64,000 nt of DNA from an uncultured Barnesiella sp. (GCA_944321085.1 CALUJY010000006.1:12103-76102); one strand, 5' to 3'. Shown: positions 1 to 10,306, numbered from the stretch's first letter. The notes: generated from the sequence alone by a model not told the origin. Numbers and translations are program-made.

Positions 1-440
1 CGAGCAATTTGGCTTGCCGATATACCGCTGGCTACACTGAGAGTCGATTTGACGCCTTGCAGCATCGCTGTCTCTGTGTCTTGTCGGCGTTGTGTCGTGA
101 TGGTAACCTCTTGAAGGGTTAAATTATCCTCGGTAAGAGAGATTGTGATAGGCAATGGTGTTTGCTTGTCGACGGGGATACGTCGTGTTTGATAAGCAAT
201 ATAGCTACATATAAGAATATGTTTACCCTCAGGAATATTTTTCAGTGTGAAGTTGCCATTTATGTCAGAGGCGGTTGCGATAGATGTATTCTCGATAGCA
301 AGGGTTGCACCTATGATGGTTTCACCGGTACGGATGTCGATTACATTGCCGCTGATAGAGTATTGCGCATTGGCGTAGGAAAAGAGGTGAAGGAAAAATA
401 ATGTGGTGAATAAAAGCCTTTTTAAAGATATCGTTTGCAT
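1..440 (-). CDS. TonB-dependent receptor, N-terminal part only (gene continues past the left edge)
   Basis: Absent from the ORF track because there is no stop in the window. My minus-strand translation from the ATG at 440-438 stays open to position 1. It gives MQTISLKRLLFTTLFFLHLFSYANAQ (signal peptide), then YSISGNVIDIRTGETIIGATL...NGNFTLKNIPEGKHILICSYIAYQ (carboxypeptidase-regulatory-like domain), then LQEVTITTQRR...SGISASQIA (plug start). Confidence 0.8.
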   Translation of the reverse strand, partial: MQTISLKRLLFTTLFFLHLFSYANAQYSISGNVIDIRTGETIIGATLAIENTSIATASDINGNFTLKNIPEGKHILICSYIAYQTRRIPVDKQTPLPITISLTEDNLTLQEVTITTQRRQDTETAMLQGVKSTLSVASGISASQIA

Positions 441-466
441 TACTTTCTTTTGTTTCGTTTACGCCG

Positions 467-474
467 CAAAGGTA
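467..474 (-). promoter_or_regulatory. Bacteroidetes -7 promoter box (TACCTTTG) for the TonB-dependent receptor
   Basis: Plus strand CAAAGGTA. 26 nt upstream of the ATG at 440. Confidence 0.55.
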
Positions 475-579
475 GGTGTGGCGTGATACGAAACAGTTAC
501 AACACTGTGAGAGTGTGGTTACTGATGTTGCAACCGTATGAATATGCTGTTTCAGCAAGACGATAGTTGTAGTCCGGTG

Positions 580-1239
580 CTATTTGCGTCCGAAGTCGGC
601 GGGTATTTCACCCCAAGCCTCGGTGTCCCACTTGATGATGGGATTGGTGTATGTATTGTTGTGCAACCAACTTTCGGCACGAGTGATGAGGTCGAAGATG
701 GGGGCATTTATCTCGTTGCGTTGCAAGCGGGTTTTGCACTGTTTTTGTTTTACCCACAATATGGCGTTGCGTGAGTCGCTGTATATGGGCATATTGCTGT
801 TGCGCTGTTTGAGGTATGCCAGTCCGTGTACCAAGGCCAGAAACTCGCCTATGTTATTGGTTCCCTGCTGCATGGGTTTCAATCTGAAAATCTCCTTGCC
901 GGTAGCAATGTGGACGCCACGATATTCCATGGTACCGGGGTTGCCGCTGCACGCGGCATCGACGGCAAGGCTGTCGCGTATGATGGCAGGGTTGTCGGCT
1001 GTCGGTGTTTTTTGTTCGGTTGTTGATTTGCTTCCTTTGTAATGCTTGCTTATTTCGCGTAACAGGCTTATGTGGTCTTCGGCCTTTCCTCTGAAAGCCT
1101 CTACGGCATCTTCTTGCGAGTCGAAGGCTTTATACTTGGCTCCTTTATAACCTTCTACTTGCGCATGACACTCGTCCCACGAGTCATATACACCCGGGGC
1201 AAAGCCTTCCCATACGACGTAATATTTGGATTTTTTCAT
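580..1239 (-). CDS. rnhA: Ribonuclease HI with N-terminal hybrid-binding domain
   Basis: ORF 580..1374 trimmed to the ATG at 1239 (MKKSKYYVVWEGFAPGVYDSWDECHAQV, a viroplasmin-like hybrid-binding domain). RNase H motifs DAACSGNPG and GTNNIGEFLALVHGL follow. Confidence 0.9.
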   Translation of the reverse strand: MKKSKYYVVWEGFAPGVYDSWDECHAQVEGYKGAKYKAFDSQEDAVEAFRGKAEDHISLLREISKHYKGSKSTTEQKTPTADNPAIIRDSLAVDAACSGNPGTMEYRGVHIATGKEIFRLKPMQQGTNNIGEFLALVHGLAYLKQRNSNMPIYSDSRNAILWVKQKQCKTRLQRNEINAPIFDLITRAESWLHNNTYTNPIIKWDTEAWGEIPADFGRK

Positions 1240-1261
1240 GTAGTAAGCAGTATGTTGTGTA

Positions 1262-1269
1262 CAAAGATA
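1262..1269 (-). promoter_or_regulatory. -7 box TATCTTTG for rnhA
   Basis: Plus strand CAAAGATA. 22 nt upstream of the ATG at 1239. Divergent from the aroK box TATATTTG at 1295-1302. Confidence 0.55.
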
Positions 1270-1322
1270 CGTTTTACCGTTGAATAGAAAGTAATATATT
1301 TGCATTATATATGCAGGAAAAT

Positions 1323-1862
1323 ATGAGCAACCCAATATTTCTAATCGGATATATGGCAGCCGGCAAGACGACATTAGGCCGATATGCTGCCCGGGAGATG
1401 GGACGTGACTTTATAGACCTCGACAGGTATATAGAGGCTCGTTACAGAAAGAGTATTGCCGATATTTTCGCTTCCGACGGGGAGGCGCGTTTCCGTGAGA
1501 TAGAACGCAACATGTTGCATGAGGTGGCCGAGTTTGACAATGTGCTGGTGGCAACTGGTGGTGGAACGCCCTGTTTTTTTGATAATATGGCGTATATGAA
1601 CGAACGTGGCGTGGCGGTCTTTTTATCGTGTCCGGTAGAGACGATATGTCGCAGAATTAAGATTTCGAAAGTGAAGCGTCCGTTGCTTTTGTCGCTAGAT
1701 GACGAGGCTTTGACAAATCGGATAGACGAAATGTTGGCTGCACGTATGCCGTTTTACATGCAGGCGACCTATTCTTTCGATTCGAGCCGGTATGAGTCGC
1801 GCGCCGTTTTGGCAGAAGCGACCAAAGCGTTACAGACTCTTATCGGGGAGAACGAGGGGTAG
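1323..1862 (+). CDS. aroK: Shikimate kinase
   Basis: Walker A GYMAAGKTTLGR and the typical DLDRYIE...FREIE pattern. The start could be 1311 or 1323. The -7 box at 1295-1302 favours 1323. Confidence 0.9.
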   Translation: MSNPIFLIGYMAAGKTTLGRYAAREMGRDFIDLDRYIEARYRKSIADIFASDGEARFREIERNMLHEVAEFDNVLVATGGGTPCFFDNMAYMNERGVAVFLSCPVETICRRIKISKVKRPLLLSLDDEALTNRIDEMLAARMPFYMQATYSFDSSRYESRAVLAEATKALQTLIGENEG

Positions 1863-1865
1863 GTT

Positions 1866-2993
1866 TCAGAAATAGTATTCGGCAATATTGCTTGTTTTGA
1901 GCAGCTTGCGAGTGTCGTCGAGGAATATTTGCATTCCTTGCTTCACGGCTTCCGTGTATTCCTCACGAGGACGTGCTGCGGGAATAAGTTCAAAGTTTTT
2001 CTTCCCGCTCTTGACAGGACGGGCGGTATAAACGAGGCTGTATCCGCAGTCAGCCACGCGGGTGACAGAGTCTTTCTCCAAGACCAAACGTACCATCATG
2101 CCTCCGTCGGTGGCTCTTATCTTCATATTAGATATATAGTTGCCCAATGAATATACTACAAGGTGCTCTTTTCCGGCGGAATCCTGCCTCATTTCAAGGG
2201 GTTGTATCACGTGAGGATGGCTGCCTATTATGTGGTCAACACCGTGGGCGATGAGCCAGTCGGCGAGTTCGTGTTGGCTTTTGTTCGGTTGTTGGTCATA
2301 CTCGATGCCCCAATGTATGCAGGCAATGATGGCGTCGGGGGCTGCCGCCCGGGCTTTGGCGATGTCTTGTGCCATGATGGCAGTGTCTATGCGGTTTACT
2401 ATGTTGGGCGCCGATTCCGTCAGCCCGTTGGTGCCGTATGTGTAGTTGAGCAGAGCTATTTTTATACCGTTCTTTTCAAATACATAAGGGTAGCGGTTGT
2501 CCCGGTCGGTACGGTCGATGTATGTACCCACTTGTGCTATCCGGTCTTCCTCGTTCATCCGTGAAATAGTGCGTTCGATGCCGCGTTTCCCGGTGTCGAG
2601 GCTGTGGTTGTTGCTGGTGAGGAAGATATCGAATCCGGCATCGACAAGCGACGTGAAGAATTCGTCGGGAGCACAGAACGATGGGTATCCGTTATATGGT
2701 TTGCCTCCTAATGTCGTCTCGAAGTTGCCTATGGCAATATCGGCACGGCTTATTTCGTCATGGACATACTGCCAGCAATCGTCGTAGCAGTAGCCGCTAT
2801 CGGTTTGAGCAGCTTCTATCTGTGCAAGGTGTTGCATGAAATCGCCGGCGAAAAGCAAAGAGAGTTGTGTAGTCGTCGGTGTTGCGGGGGCACAAGCTGT
2901 CGTATCGGGCATATCTTGTGCTATAACGCGAGGAAGTGCAAGTATAATGGTAAGCAGCGTAACGATATTGCGGGTGTGTCCTGACAGTGTCAT
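1866..2993 (-). CDS. CapA-family metallophosphoesterase (poly-gamma-glutamate capsule synthesis-like)
   Basis: Motifs LLFAGDFMQH, SNNHSLDTGKRG and GSHPHVIQP. ORF 1866..3071 begins at a GTG that overlaps nadK, so I prefer the ATG at 2993, which is followed by a signal-like segment. Confidence 0.75.
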   Translation of the reverse strand: MTLSGHTRNIVTLLTIILALPRVIAQDMPDTTACAPATPTTTQLSLLFAGDFMQHLAQIEAAQTDSGYCYDDCWQYVHDEISRADIAIGNFETTLGGKPYNGYPSFCAPDEFFTSLVDAGFDIFLTSNNHSLDTGKRGIERTISRMNEEDRIAQVGTYIDRTDRDNRYPYVFEKNGIKIALLNYTYGTNGLTESAPNIVNRIDTAIMAQDIAKARAAAPDAIIACIHWGIEYDQQPNKSQHELADWLIAHGVDHIIGSHPHVIQPLEMRQDSAGKEHLVVYSLGNYISNMKIRATDGGMMVRLVLEKDSVTRVADCGYSLVYTARPVKSGKKNFELIPAARPREEYTEAVKQGMQIFLDDTRKLLKTSNIAEYYF

Positions 2994-3051
2994 AACGGGG
3001 CGTTTTAGAGTGAATGATAATGAGTATAATGAAAGAGTAAAGGAAGTTGTG

Positions 3052-3927
3052 TTATTCACGTTTGTCGGCACCCCACATCAGTTTGGTGCGCAGTGTTTCG
3101 GAAAAACTGTGATTGTAACCTTTGACGACTTTGATGACAAAAGGGGCTTTCTGCAAGGTGATGGTTGTACTGGTGTCGAGCATGACCGAGCGGCCGTCGC
3201 AACTGAGTAGGAATTTGTCGGTGCGACTCGATACTTGCAGCGATATAACGACGTCGTCGGTTACTATCAACGGTCTGACGGTGAAGCTGTGCGGAGCTAC
3301 CGGGGCAATCACCCAATTGGAGGCTTGCGGTACCAAGATAGGGCCTCCTGCACTGAGGGCGTATGCTGTGGAGCCGGTAGGCGTGGCAATAACGAGGCCG
3401 TCAGCTTGGTATGTGTTGAAAAATTCGCCATCGATGTGCATGCGTACCGAAATCATCGAGGCGCTGTCTTGTTTGAGAATGGCTACTTCATTGAGTGCAT
3501 AAGGCCATGATAATGTCGGGGCAAATTGGGCTTCCACTTGTAACAGCGAACGGTTCTCTATACGATAATGTCCGTTGAAGATTTCTTCTATTTCGTTGTC
3601 GATGTCGTTACCCGAAAGGTCGGTAAGGAAGCCCAACCGTCCGGTGTTGATACCGAGGATGGGAATGCCTTTGTTGCCGATGCAGGCTGCCGTATGCAGG
3701 AACGTACCGTCACCACCGATACTCAGTACCATATCGGCCGAGAAATCGTCGCGTGCGATGGTAGTAACCGGAGGTAATTGCAAGGGCGGATTGCAGCCTG
3801 CGAGTTCTCGGGCAAAAGATGAGTCGACCCCAATTTCGGCCTGCCGACGTGTCAGTGCATCGAATACCGATTGTATAATGGGATAATCTTGTGGATGGCA
3901 ATGCTTGCCGAATATTGCAATTTTCAT
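3052..3927 (-). CDS. nadK: NAD(+) kinase
   Basis: GGDGTFL motif, NTGRLGFL and PTGSTAYALSAGGPI. Confidence 0.92.
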   Translation of the reverse strand: MKIAIFGKHCHPQDYPIIQSVFDALTRRQAEIGVDSSFARELAGCNPPLQLPPVTTIARDDFSADMVLSIGGDGTFLHTAACIGNKGIPILGINTGRLGFLTDLSGNDIDNEIEEIFNGHYRIENRSLLQVEAQFAPTLSWPYALNEVAILKQDSASMISVRMHIDGEFFNTYQADGLVIATPTGSTAYALSAGGPILVPQASNWVIAPVAPHSFTVRPLIVTDDVVISLQVSSRTDKFLLSCDGRSVMLDTSTTITLQKAPFVIKVVKGYNHSFSETLRTKLMWGADKRE

Positions 3928-4253
3928 GATAGGCGTGTTTTATAGATTCTTGGAGAGGGATATAAAAGGCTTGCGACCTTGTTGCAGATAGACATTCCTC
4001 GTCTTTACAGGGTGTATCCCAGTTGCCGGGCAAGTATGGCAGAAGCGAATTTTGGCGAAGGGTCTATCTTTTATTCTCATATTTTGGCTGTTTTGGGTAA
4101 ATCGTATTATTTTTGCATGTACAAAGATAACGGAAACAGAGGGCTTGTGCAAATACTGTGGCGGTTATCTTGTGCCAATGGCTTGCCCGAAAAGCGTGCG
4201 ATGAATAGGGGCATGGATTTTGGCAAACCGGCAGAGAGAAAAAGAGAGATAGT

Positions 4254-4967
4254 ATGACGAAATTGAGTGTGAATATCAACAAAATTGCCACCTTGCGCAA
4301 TGCTCGGGGCGGCAATATCCCTAATGTTTTGAAAGCAGCTTTGGACTGTGAAACATTCGGGGCAGATGGCATAACCGTACATCCTCGTCCTGACGAGCGA
4401 CATATCCGATATGCCGATGTTTATGAGCTGAGGCCGGTGTTGAAGACCGAATTTAATATCGAGGGTTATCCTTCGGAGCGGTTTATGGATTTGGTGTTGA
4501 AGGTAAAACCCACGCAGGTGACCCTTGTGCCCGATGCTCCCGATGTGCTTACCTCTAACGCCGGGTGGAACACACAGCAAAATTTCGACTTCTTGTCGAA
4601 AACAATCGATGCGCTCAAATCGGTAGGCATACGCACATCTATTTTTGTGGATACCGACCTGAAAATGATAGAGTATGCTGCCAAAACCGGGACAGACCGT
4701 ATAGAACTCTATACCGAGCCTTATGCCTGCGGTTATGAAAACGATGCAGAGCAGGCGGTAGCTCCTTTTGTGGAAGCGTCGATACTTGCACATAACTTGG
4801 GAATGGGTGTCAATGCCGGTCATGACCTGAACTTGGAGAATCTGATGTTTTTCCATGATAAGGTGCCATATCTCAATGAGGTGTCGATAGGTCATAGCTT
4901 GATAGCAGACGCCTTATATATGGGACTGAAAACGACTATTGCACGATATAAAGAGTGTTTAATTTAA
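4254..4967 (+). CDS. pdxJ: Pyridoxine 5'-phosphate synthase
   Basis: [17 protein letters not shown]...[11 protein letters not shown], typical PdxJ over its full length (237 aa). Confidence 0.92.
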   Translation: MTKLSVNINKIATLRNARGGNIPNVLKAALDCETFGADGITVHPRPDERHIRYADVYELRPVLKTEFNIEGYPSERFMDLVLKVKPTQVTLVPDAPDVLTSNAGWNTQQNFDFLSKTIDALKSVGIRTSIFVDTDLKMIEYAAKTGTDRIELYTEPYACGYENDAEQAVAPFVEASILAHNLGMGVNAGHDLNLENLMFFHDKVPYLNEVSIGHSLIADALYMGLKTTIARYKECLI

Positions 4968-4981
4968 CTTATGCTACGACG

Positions 4982-5695
4982 ATGAATGCAATTCTTGCCA
5001 CCCTGTTGTTACAAGTAACCGATACCATTCCCGCGCCGCCGGTGTTGACTCCCGAAGTGAGCGACGGCAGCGTGGAGTTGAATTTATGGGACTTGACGCT
5101 GAAAGGCGGCTTTTTCATGATACCGTTACTGTTGCTCTCCATATTGGCGATATATGTTTTTGTAGAGCGGTTGTTGGTTATCCGCAAGGCCGCACGCGAG
5201 GACAATACGTTTATGGACCGTATCAAAGATTACATCCATGATGGAGAGATAGACACCGCTTTGAAGTTGTGCAAGAAGACCGATACGCCTGCCGCACGGC
5301 TCATAGCAAAGGGTATCTCCCGTTTGGGACGCCCCATGAACGATGTGCTTGTAGCGATAGAAAATGTAGGAAATATAGAAATTGCCCGTCTCGAAAAGGG
5401 TTTCCCGTGGTTGGCAACAACGGCCGCCGGCGCGCCCATGATAGGTTTCTTGGGTACGGTGACGGGTATGGTACGTGCTTTCTACAACATGGCATCGGCC
5501 GGCAATAATGCCGATATTACCACGTTGTCGGGCGGTATATACGAAGCTCTCGTTACGACAGTTGCCGGTCTTATTGTGGGCATTATCGCGCTCTTTGCCT
5601 ATAACTACCTTGTCGCTCGCGTAGATGGTGTGATGAACCAATTAGAGACGAAGACGATGGAGTTTATGGATTTGCTCAACGAACCGGCCGACTAA
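4982..5695 (+). CDS. exbB: MotA/TolQ/ExbB proton-channel protein
   Basis: Three TM segments and the conserved C-terminal LATTAAGAPMIGFLGTVTGM region. ORF 4955 trimmed to MNAILATLL at 4982. Followed by exbD and tonB. Confidence 0.85.
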   Translation: MNAILATLLLQVTDTIPAPPVLTPEVSDGSVELNLWDLTLKGGFFMIPLLLLSILAIYVFVERLLVIRKAAREDNTFMDRIKDYIHDGEIDTALKLCKKTDTPAARLIAKGISRLGRPMNDVLVAIENVGNIEIARLEKGFPWLATTAAGAPMIGFLGTVTGMVRAFYNMASAGNNADITTLSGGIYEALVTTVAGLIVGIIALFAYNYLVARVDGVMNQLETKTMEFMDLLNEPAD

Positions 5696-5707
5696 AATTG
5701 TGCATTT

Positions 5708-6121
5708 ATGGCTATCAAGAGGAGACATCGTATCAATGCTTCTTTTAGCATGGCGTCTATGACCGACGTGATATTTTTGTTGCTTATCTTCTTTATGGTT
5801 ACCTCGACGGTCGTATTTCCCAATGCCATCAAGGTGAACCTTCCCCAAAGTAAGCAGCAGGCGGCTGCCAAGCCGTTGTCGCGCGTCACGATAGATGTTG
5901 ACGGACGTTATTTTGTGGCCTTTGGCAATGAACGCGAACAACAGGTGGATGAGGCTGCTTTGACTGAATTTTTGTTGGCGACTCGTGCCCGGGAGCCCGA
6001 AATGTATGTTGCACTCTATGCCGACGAGTCGGTACCCTATCGCGAAATAGTGAAAATACTCAACATAGCCAATGAGCATCATTTGAAGATGGTGTTGGCT
6101 ACACGTCCTGTGAGAGAATAG
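5708..6121 (+). CDS. exbD: Biopolymer transport protein ExbD/TolR
   Basis: N-terminal MTDVIFLLLIFFMV TM segment and ExbD-size protein (137 aa) directly after exbB. Confidence 0.85.
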   Translation: MAIKRRHRINASFSMASMTDVIFLLLIFFMVTSTVVFPNAIKVNLPQSKQQAAAKPLSRVTIDVDGRYFVAFGNEREQQVDEAALTEFLLATRAREPEMYVALYADESVPYREIVKILNIANEHHLKMVLATRPVRE

Positions 6122-6126
6122 AGAAT

Positions 6127-6888
6127 ATGACAGATTCGGTACGCAACAAATGGGTAAGTGCCGCATGTACGGTTGTGGTGCATGCCATAGCGTTGTGTAT
6201 ATTGATTTTTGTCGTAATAAAAAGCGAACCGGTGCCGGCCGATGCCGGAGGAGGGGTGTTGGTACAATTCGGTTCGGTCGATGAGGCGTCGGGCATGTTT
6301 ATTCCCGACAAAGTGCCCGAAAGCAGTAGGCAGGAGATTGTGTCGAAAAACGATGAGCCGCTGATTACACAAGATGATGAGCCTACTGTGGCAATACCCG
6401 ATGAGAAGAAAAAAACTACCGAAAAGAGTCCTGTGGAGAAACAACCTCGGCAAGACGATAAGGCCATAGATAACAGGCTGAAAGCGGCCTTCGGCAGCGG
6501 AGTGGCTTCGTCGGGCAGTAAAGGCGATGCTGCACAAGGAAGCGGTGTACAGGGAAATCCCTTCGGTGCGACACCCGATGGCGAGTTGCAAGGCGTGGGC
6601 GGTTACGGTGGATATAGCTTGGCCGGTCGCGGATTGTTAGGCGAGCTGCCTCGTCCGCAATACGATAGCAGCAACGATGCCGGTACTATTGTAGTGGATA
6701 TTGTAGTAGATGCGCGCGGTAAGGTGGTAGATGCGCGTATCCGCGTGTCGGGCAGCGAGGGGACGGCAGCTTCGAATGCCAATTTGCGCCGTTCGGCCGT
6801 AGAAGCGGCTCGCAGGGCTTCCTTCGAAGCTGTGGCCAAGGCCGGTAATCAGCAGGGATACATTGTATATTATTTCAAACAGAGGTAG
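6127..6888 (+). CDS. tonB: Energy transducer TonB-family protein
   Basis: N-terminal TM anchor, charged/Pro-Glu linker, Gly-rich region and a C-terminal TonB-like domain (GTIVVDIVVDARGKVVDARI...). Third gene of the exbB-exbD-tonB set. Confidence 0.75.
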   Translation: MTDSVRNKWVSAACTVVVHAIALCILIFVVIKSEPVPADAGGGVLVQFGSVDEASGMFIPDKVPESSRQEIVSKNDEPLITQDDEPTVAIPDEKKKTTEKSPVEKQPRQDDKAIDNRLKAAFGSGVASSGSKGDAAQGSGVQGNPFGATPDGELQGVGGYGGYSLAGRGLLGELPRPQYDSSNDAGTIVVDIVVDARGKVVDARIRVSGSEGTAASNANLRRSAVEAARRASFEAVAKAGNQQGYIVYYFKQR

Positions 6889-6915
6889 CGTATAGCGCGT
6901 GCATGGGGGCAATGC

Positions 6916-8262
6916 TTAATCGCGTCGGAATGAAAGCAGTTTCCCGCGACAACATTCGTTGATGCGTCCGTTGTCGTAGACGGTTGTGCCGTTGACAATG
7001 GTGCGGATAACCGAAGAGGGGAATGTGTGCCTTTCGAAAGGCGACCATCCGCAGCGCGACACGATTTTGTCGGCAGTTACGGTATATTTCTTTTGCGCTG
7101 CAACAATCGTCACATCGGCATAATAACCTTCCCGCAAAAAGCCGCGGCGTTCTATGCCGAAAAGTGTGGCAGGGGCATGTGCCATCTTTTCCACTACGGT
7201 GGTACGGGGAAAAGCTCCGTGCTCCGACAGTTCGAGCATGGCTTGTAGCGAGAATTGTACCAGCGGCCCTCCCGATGCAGCTTGTAGGCAAGAACCTTTT
7301 TTCTCAGAGAGCAGGTGTGGGGCGTGGTCGGTGGCTACGACGTCTAACTTGTGCGATGCTATGGCTGCCAGCAATGCTTTACGGTCGCCGCAGGTTTTAA
7401 TGGCAGGATTCCATTTGATACGATTGCCATATTGCGCATAGTCATTATCGTCGAACCAAAGATGATGTACGCATACTTCGCCCGTGATGCGCTTCTCTTG
7501 CAGCGGTTTGTTCTCCAATAGTGTCAGTTCGTGAGCCGTTGACAGGTGCAGCAGGTGCAGGCGGGCGTTATGCCGTGTAGCCAGCTCGACGGCTGTTGCC
7601 GACGATTGGTAGCATGCTTCGGCGCTGCGTATGAGCGGGTGGAAGAAAACGGGAAGTTCTTCTCCGAAAGTGTTTGTATAATATTGTTTGTTTGCCTGAA
7701 TAACCGACTCTTGTTCGCAATGCGCGGCTATCAGCACCGGAGCCTCGGCGAAAATACGTTCCAGCGTGTGGGGATTGTCAACCAGCATATTGCCGGTAGA
7801 TGAGCCCATGAAGAGCTTGATACCGCAGATGTGCGTATAGTCGAGTTTGTTCAATAAGTCGGCGTTATCGTTGGTGGCACCTATGTAGAATGCGTAGTTG
7901 ACGACCGATGTTTCGGCAGCTCGATTTTGTTTCCATGCAAGAGCTTCGGCGGTTACCGTCGGCGGTTTTGTGTTGGGCATTTCCAAGTAGGAGGTAACGC
8001 CCCCCGCGGCGGCGGCACGGCTTTCCGAGGCTATGTCGGCTTTGTGCGTGAGCCCCGGTTCGCGAAAGTGTACTTGGTCGTCTATGACACCCGGCATGAC
8101 GTAGCACCCTGAGGCATCGATGACCTCATCGGCTTCGTCTATGAGACTTTTTTCGGGTTGCCCCTCTGCCACCTTCTCTATCAGCTCATCTTGTATGACG
8201 AGATAACCTGTAAACTCTTTTTGTTCGTTAACGATGAGACCGTTGTATATAATCGTTCGCAT
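6916..8262 (-). CDS. pyrC: Dihydroorotase (amidohydrolase superfamily)
   Basis: ORF 6916..8421 trimmed to MRTIIYNGLIV at 8262. Motifs VIDDQVHFREPG, TDHAPH and EMPNTKP. The untrimmed N-terminus would overlap the upstream gene. Confidence 0.85.
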   Translation of the reverse strand: MRTIIYNGLIVNEQKEFTGYLVIQDELIEKVAEGQPEKSLIDEADEVIDASGCYVMPGVIDDQVHFREPGLTHKADIASESRAAAAGGVTSYLEMPNTKPPTVTAEALAWKQNRAAETSVVNYAFYIGATNDNADLLNKLDYTHICGIKLFMGSSTGNMLVDNPHTLERIFAEAPVLIAAHCEQESVIQANKQYYTNTFGEELPVFFHPLIRSAEACYQSSATAVELATRHNARLHLLHLSTAHELTLLENKPLQEKRITGEVCVHHLWFDDNDYAQYGNRIKWNPAIKTCGDRKALLAAIASHKLDVVATDHAPHLLSEKKGSCLQAASGGPLVQFSLQAMLELSEHGAFPRTTVVEKMAHAPATLFGIERRGFLREGYYADVTIVAAQKKYTVTADKIVSRCGWSPFERHTFPSSVIRTIVNGTTVYDNGRINECCRGKLLSFRRD

Positions 8263-8267
8263 CGCCG

Positions 8268-9029
8268 TTATTTCTTTTGCGGATATTTGCGGCAGAAACT
8301 GCCTAATTTGAGTTTGATGACTCCGAACACGGCTTCGCCGAAGATGCTTGTATTCATCTTGCTTTCGCCCAAGACACGATTGATGAAGATAATGGGTACC
8401 TCTTGTATGTTGAATCCGCATTTGTATGCCGTAAACTTCATCTCTATTTGGAAAGCATAGCCTTTGAATCGGATTTTATCCAACTCTATCGTTTCGAGAA
8501 CCTCCCGGCGGTAACATACGAATCCGGCTGTGGTGTCGTGTATTTTCAGACCTGTGATGAAACGCACATATTGCGAGGCAAAATATGACATGATGACGCG
8601 GCTCATAGGCCAATTTACCACATTGACTCCTGTGATGTAGCGCGAACCGATGGCGACATCGGCGCCCTGATTGCAGCAGGCGTCTTTCAGTTTGAGCAGG
8701 TCGTTGGGGTTGTGCGAGAAATCGGCATCCATTTCGAAAATGTAATCGTATTTGTGTGCGATAGCCCACTGGAAGCCGGTGATATATGCTGTGCCGAGCC
8801 CGAGTTTTCCGCTTCGTTCCAAAATATGCAGGCGGTCGGCAAACTCTTTTTGCAGCTCTTTGACTATGCGAGCCGTACCATCGGGCGAGTTGTCGTCGAT
8901 GACCAAAATATCGAACTCCTCGGGTAGCCCGAAAACGGCGCGAATAATGTTTTCGATATTCTCTTTTTCGTTATACGTGGGAATGAGGACGACACTGTCG
9001 TGTTTGTAAAGAGGCTTAGACTCCGGCAT
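8268..9029 (-). CDS. GT2 polyprenol-phosphate mannosyltransferase (Dpm1-like)
   Basis: VVLIPTYNEKENI...VIDDNSPDGT...FEMDADFSH, classic dolichyl/polyprenyl-phosphate mannose synthase motifs. Confidence 0.85.
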   Translation of the reverse strand: MPESKPLYKHDSVVLIPTYNEKENIENIIRAVFGLPEEFDILVIDDNSPDGTARIVKELQKEFADRLHILERSGKLGLGTAYITGFQWAIAHKYDYIFEMDADFSHNPNDLLKLKDACCNQGADVAIGSRYITGVNVVNWPMSRVIMSYFASQYVRFITGLKIHDTTAGFVCYRREVLETIELDKIRFKGYAFQIEMKFTAYKCGFNIQEVPIIFINRVLGESKMNTSIFGEAVFGVIKLKLGSFCRKYPQKK

Positions 9030-9313
9030 ATCTGTATTTTTTTGAGTGTACGGGTAATCTGTATATTGCGCAGCTATAATAGCTTTGTGCCGATGCGCAC
9101 TATACAGCGGTAAGGCGAACGGTCAAATGAAAACTTGCTTTCAATTTCCCGGGTCTTCTCACCTTATGCAAAGATAAAGATTATTTTTTGTCTTTATCAA
9201 GTAGGGCGGGGCACTTTATTAGAAATTTTATTTTGAAAATAAGGCCTATAATCTCTTCACCGGGAACTATTTCCTGCTTTTGTATCTGTCGGCAGAAGAA
9301 CGATGTTCGGTCG

Positions 9314-9364
9314 AAGAAATTCGGCTGCCGCTTATTCGTATTGTGTGCATTTATATTATCTTTG
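9314..9364 (+). promoter_or_regulatory. folB promoter module: 23-mer AAGAAATTCGGCTGCCGCTTATT plus -7 box TATCTTTG
   Basis: 23-mer at 9314-9336 and -7 box at 9357-9364. The identical 23-mer occurs inverted at 10357-10379. Confidence 0.6.
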
Positions 9365-9492
9365 GCATCGATAAGCGGGAGCCCGATTGCCAAAGAGAGG
9401 TTTACTCTGAATGCAAAATTTGACGATTATCTTTTCGCTATATAGTACCAGCGGTTTTACAAAACGAAAATATCACAAAACTATAATTGCCG

Positions 9493-9846
9493 ATGAAAAC
9501 ATTTATCCACTTTGACAAAATGCACTTTTATGCGCATCATGGCGTAGACAAACAGGAACAGACGGTGGGCAATAATTATACCATAGAGCTTCTGCTTAAT
9601 GTGTCGTATGAGGCCGCCATGCGTAACGACTCTTTGGCGCACACGGTCAACTATGCTGCGATATACCGTGAGGTTAGCGCAGTAATGGCAATGCCTTCAC
9701 ACCTGCTCGAAAATGTGGCGGGACGTATTATCATGGTTTTGCAGTCGAAGTTCCCTTCGATAAAAGGAGGGCGCATATCGCTCTACAAAGATAACCCGCC
9801 TATATGTGGCAAGATAGACAGGGTGGGTGTTGTAATAGAGTGGTAG
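9493..9846 (+). CDS. folB: Dihydroneopterin aldolase
   Basis: FYAHHGV..QE..GN.Y.I...L pattern. The track ORF starts at a TTG (9487) and the first ATG is at 9493. Confidence 0.85.
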   Translation: MKTFIHFDKMHFYAHHGVDKQEQTVGNNYTIELLLNVSYEAAMRNDSLAHTVNYAAIYREVSAVMAMPSHLLENVAGRIIMVLQSKFPSIKGGRISLYKDNPPICGKIDRVGVVIEW

Positions 9847-9853
9847 CGCAGGG

Positions 9854-10306
9854 TCAGCCGACGGGTATTTTGGCGATTCTACGGCTGTGTCGACCGCCTT
9901 CGAATGCCGTGGCGAGAAATGTCTCCGTGATTTTTTCGGCTTCTTCCAGTGAGATGAAGCGTCCCGGCATTACCAAAACGTTGGCGTCGTTGTGTGCCCG
10001 AGCCAAGGAGGCAAGCTCTTCTGTCCAGCAGAGAGCGGCGCGGATTCCTTGGTGTTTGTTTAGTGTCATATTGATGCCGTTGCCGCTGCCGCAAATGGCA
10101 ATACCCGGCATACACTCTCCGGCTTCTACGGCAAGAGCCAAGGGGTGAGCATAGTCGGGGTAATCGACGCTCTCGGTAGAGTACGTGCCGAAATCCTTGC
10201 ACGAATACCCTCTCTTCGTGAGCCAATTTTTGATATGTTCTTTTACTTCATATCCTGCATGGTCGCAGGCAAGACCTATTGTTGCGCCTGTGTTTTTTGT
10301 ATCCAT
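9854..10306 (-). CDS. rpiB: Ribose-5-phosphate isomerase B
   Basis: ORF trimmed to MDTKNTGATIGLACDHAGYE at 10306. Motif ICGSGNGINMTLNKHQGIRAALC. 150 aa, typical RpiB size. Confidence 0.9.
   Translation of the reverse strand: MDTKNTGATIGLACDHAGYEVKEHIKNWLTKRGYSCKDFGTYSTESVDYPDYAHPLALAVEAGECMPGIAICGSGNGINMTLNKHQGIRAALCWTEELASLARAHNDANVLVMPGRFISLEEAEKITETFLATAFEGGRHSRRIAKIPVG

Noticed and set aside
4107-4895. 262-aa minus-strand ORF. Similar antisense ORFs lie at 11702-12505, 19023-19781, 33884-34630, 21459-22211 and 48405-49004
   Set aside because: Each lies opposite a confidently identified gene (pdxJ, sufB, nusA, GT2, infB, OMT) and has an unnatural composition. I treat them as non-coding.
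9365-9492. Possible riboswitch (for example folate/THF) in the roughly 120-nt folB leader, and small ORFs 9181-9393 / 9188-9445
   Set aside because: I can fold only a weak hairpin (GGCATCG...CGATTGCC) and cannot match any riboswitch consensus from memory. The small ORFs span promoter sequence and have non-protein-like composition. It would need an Rfam/Infernal scan to revisit.
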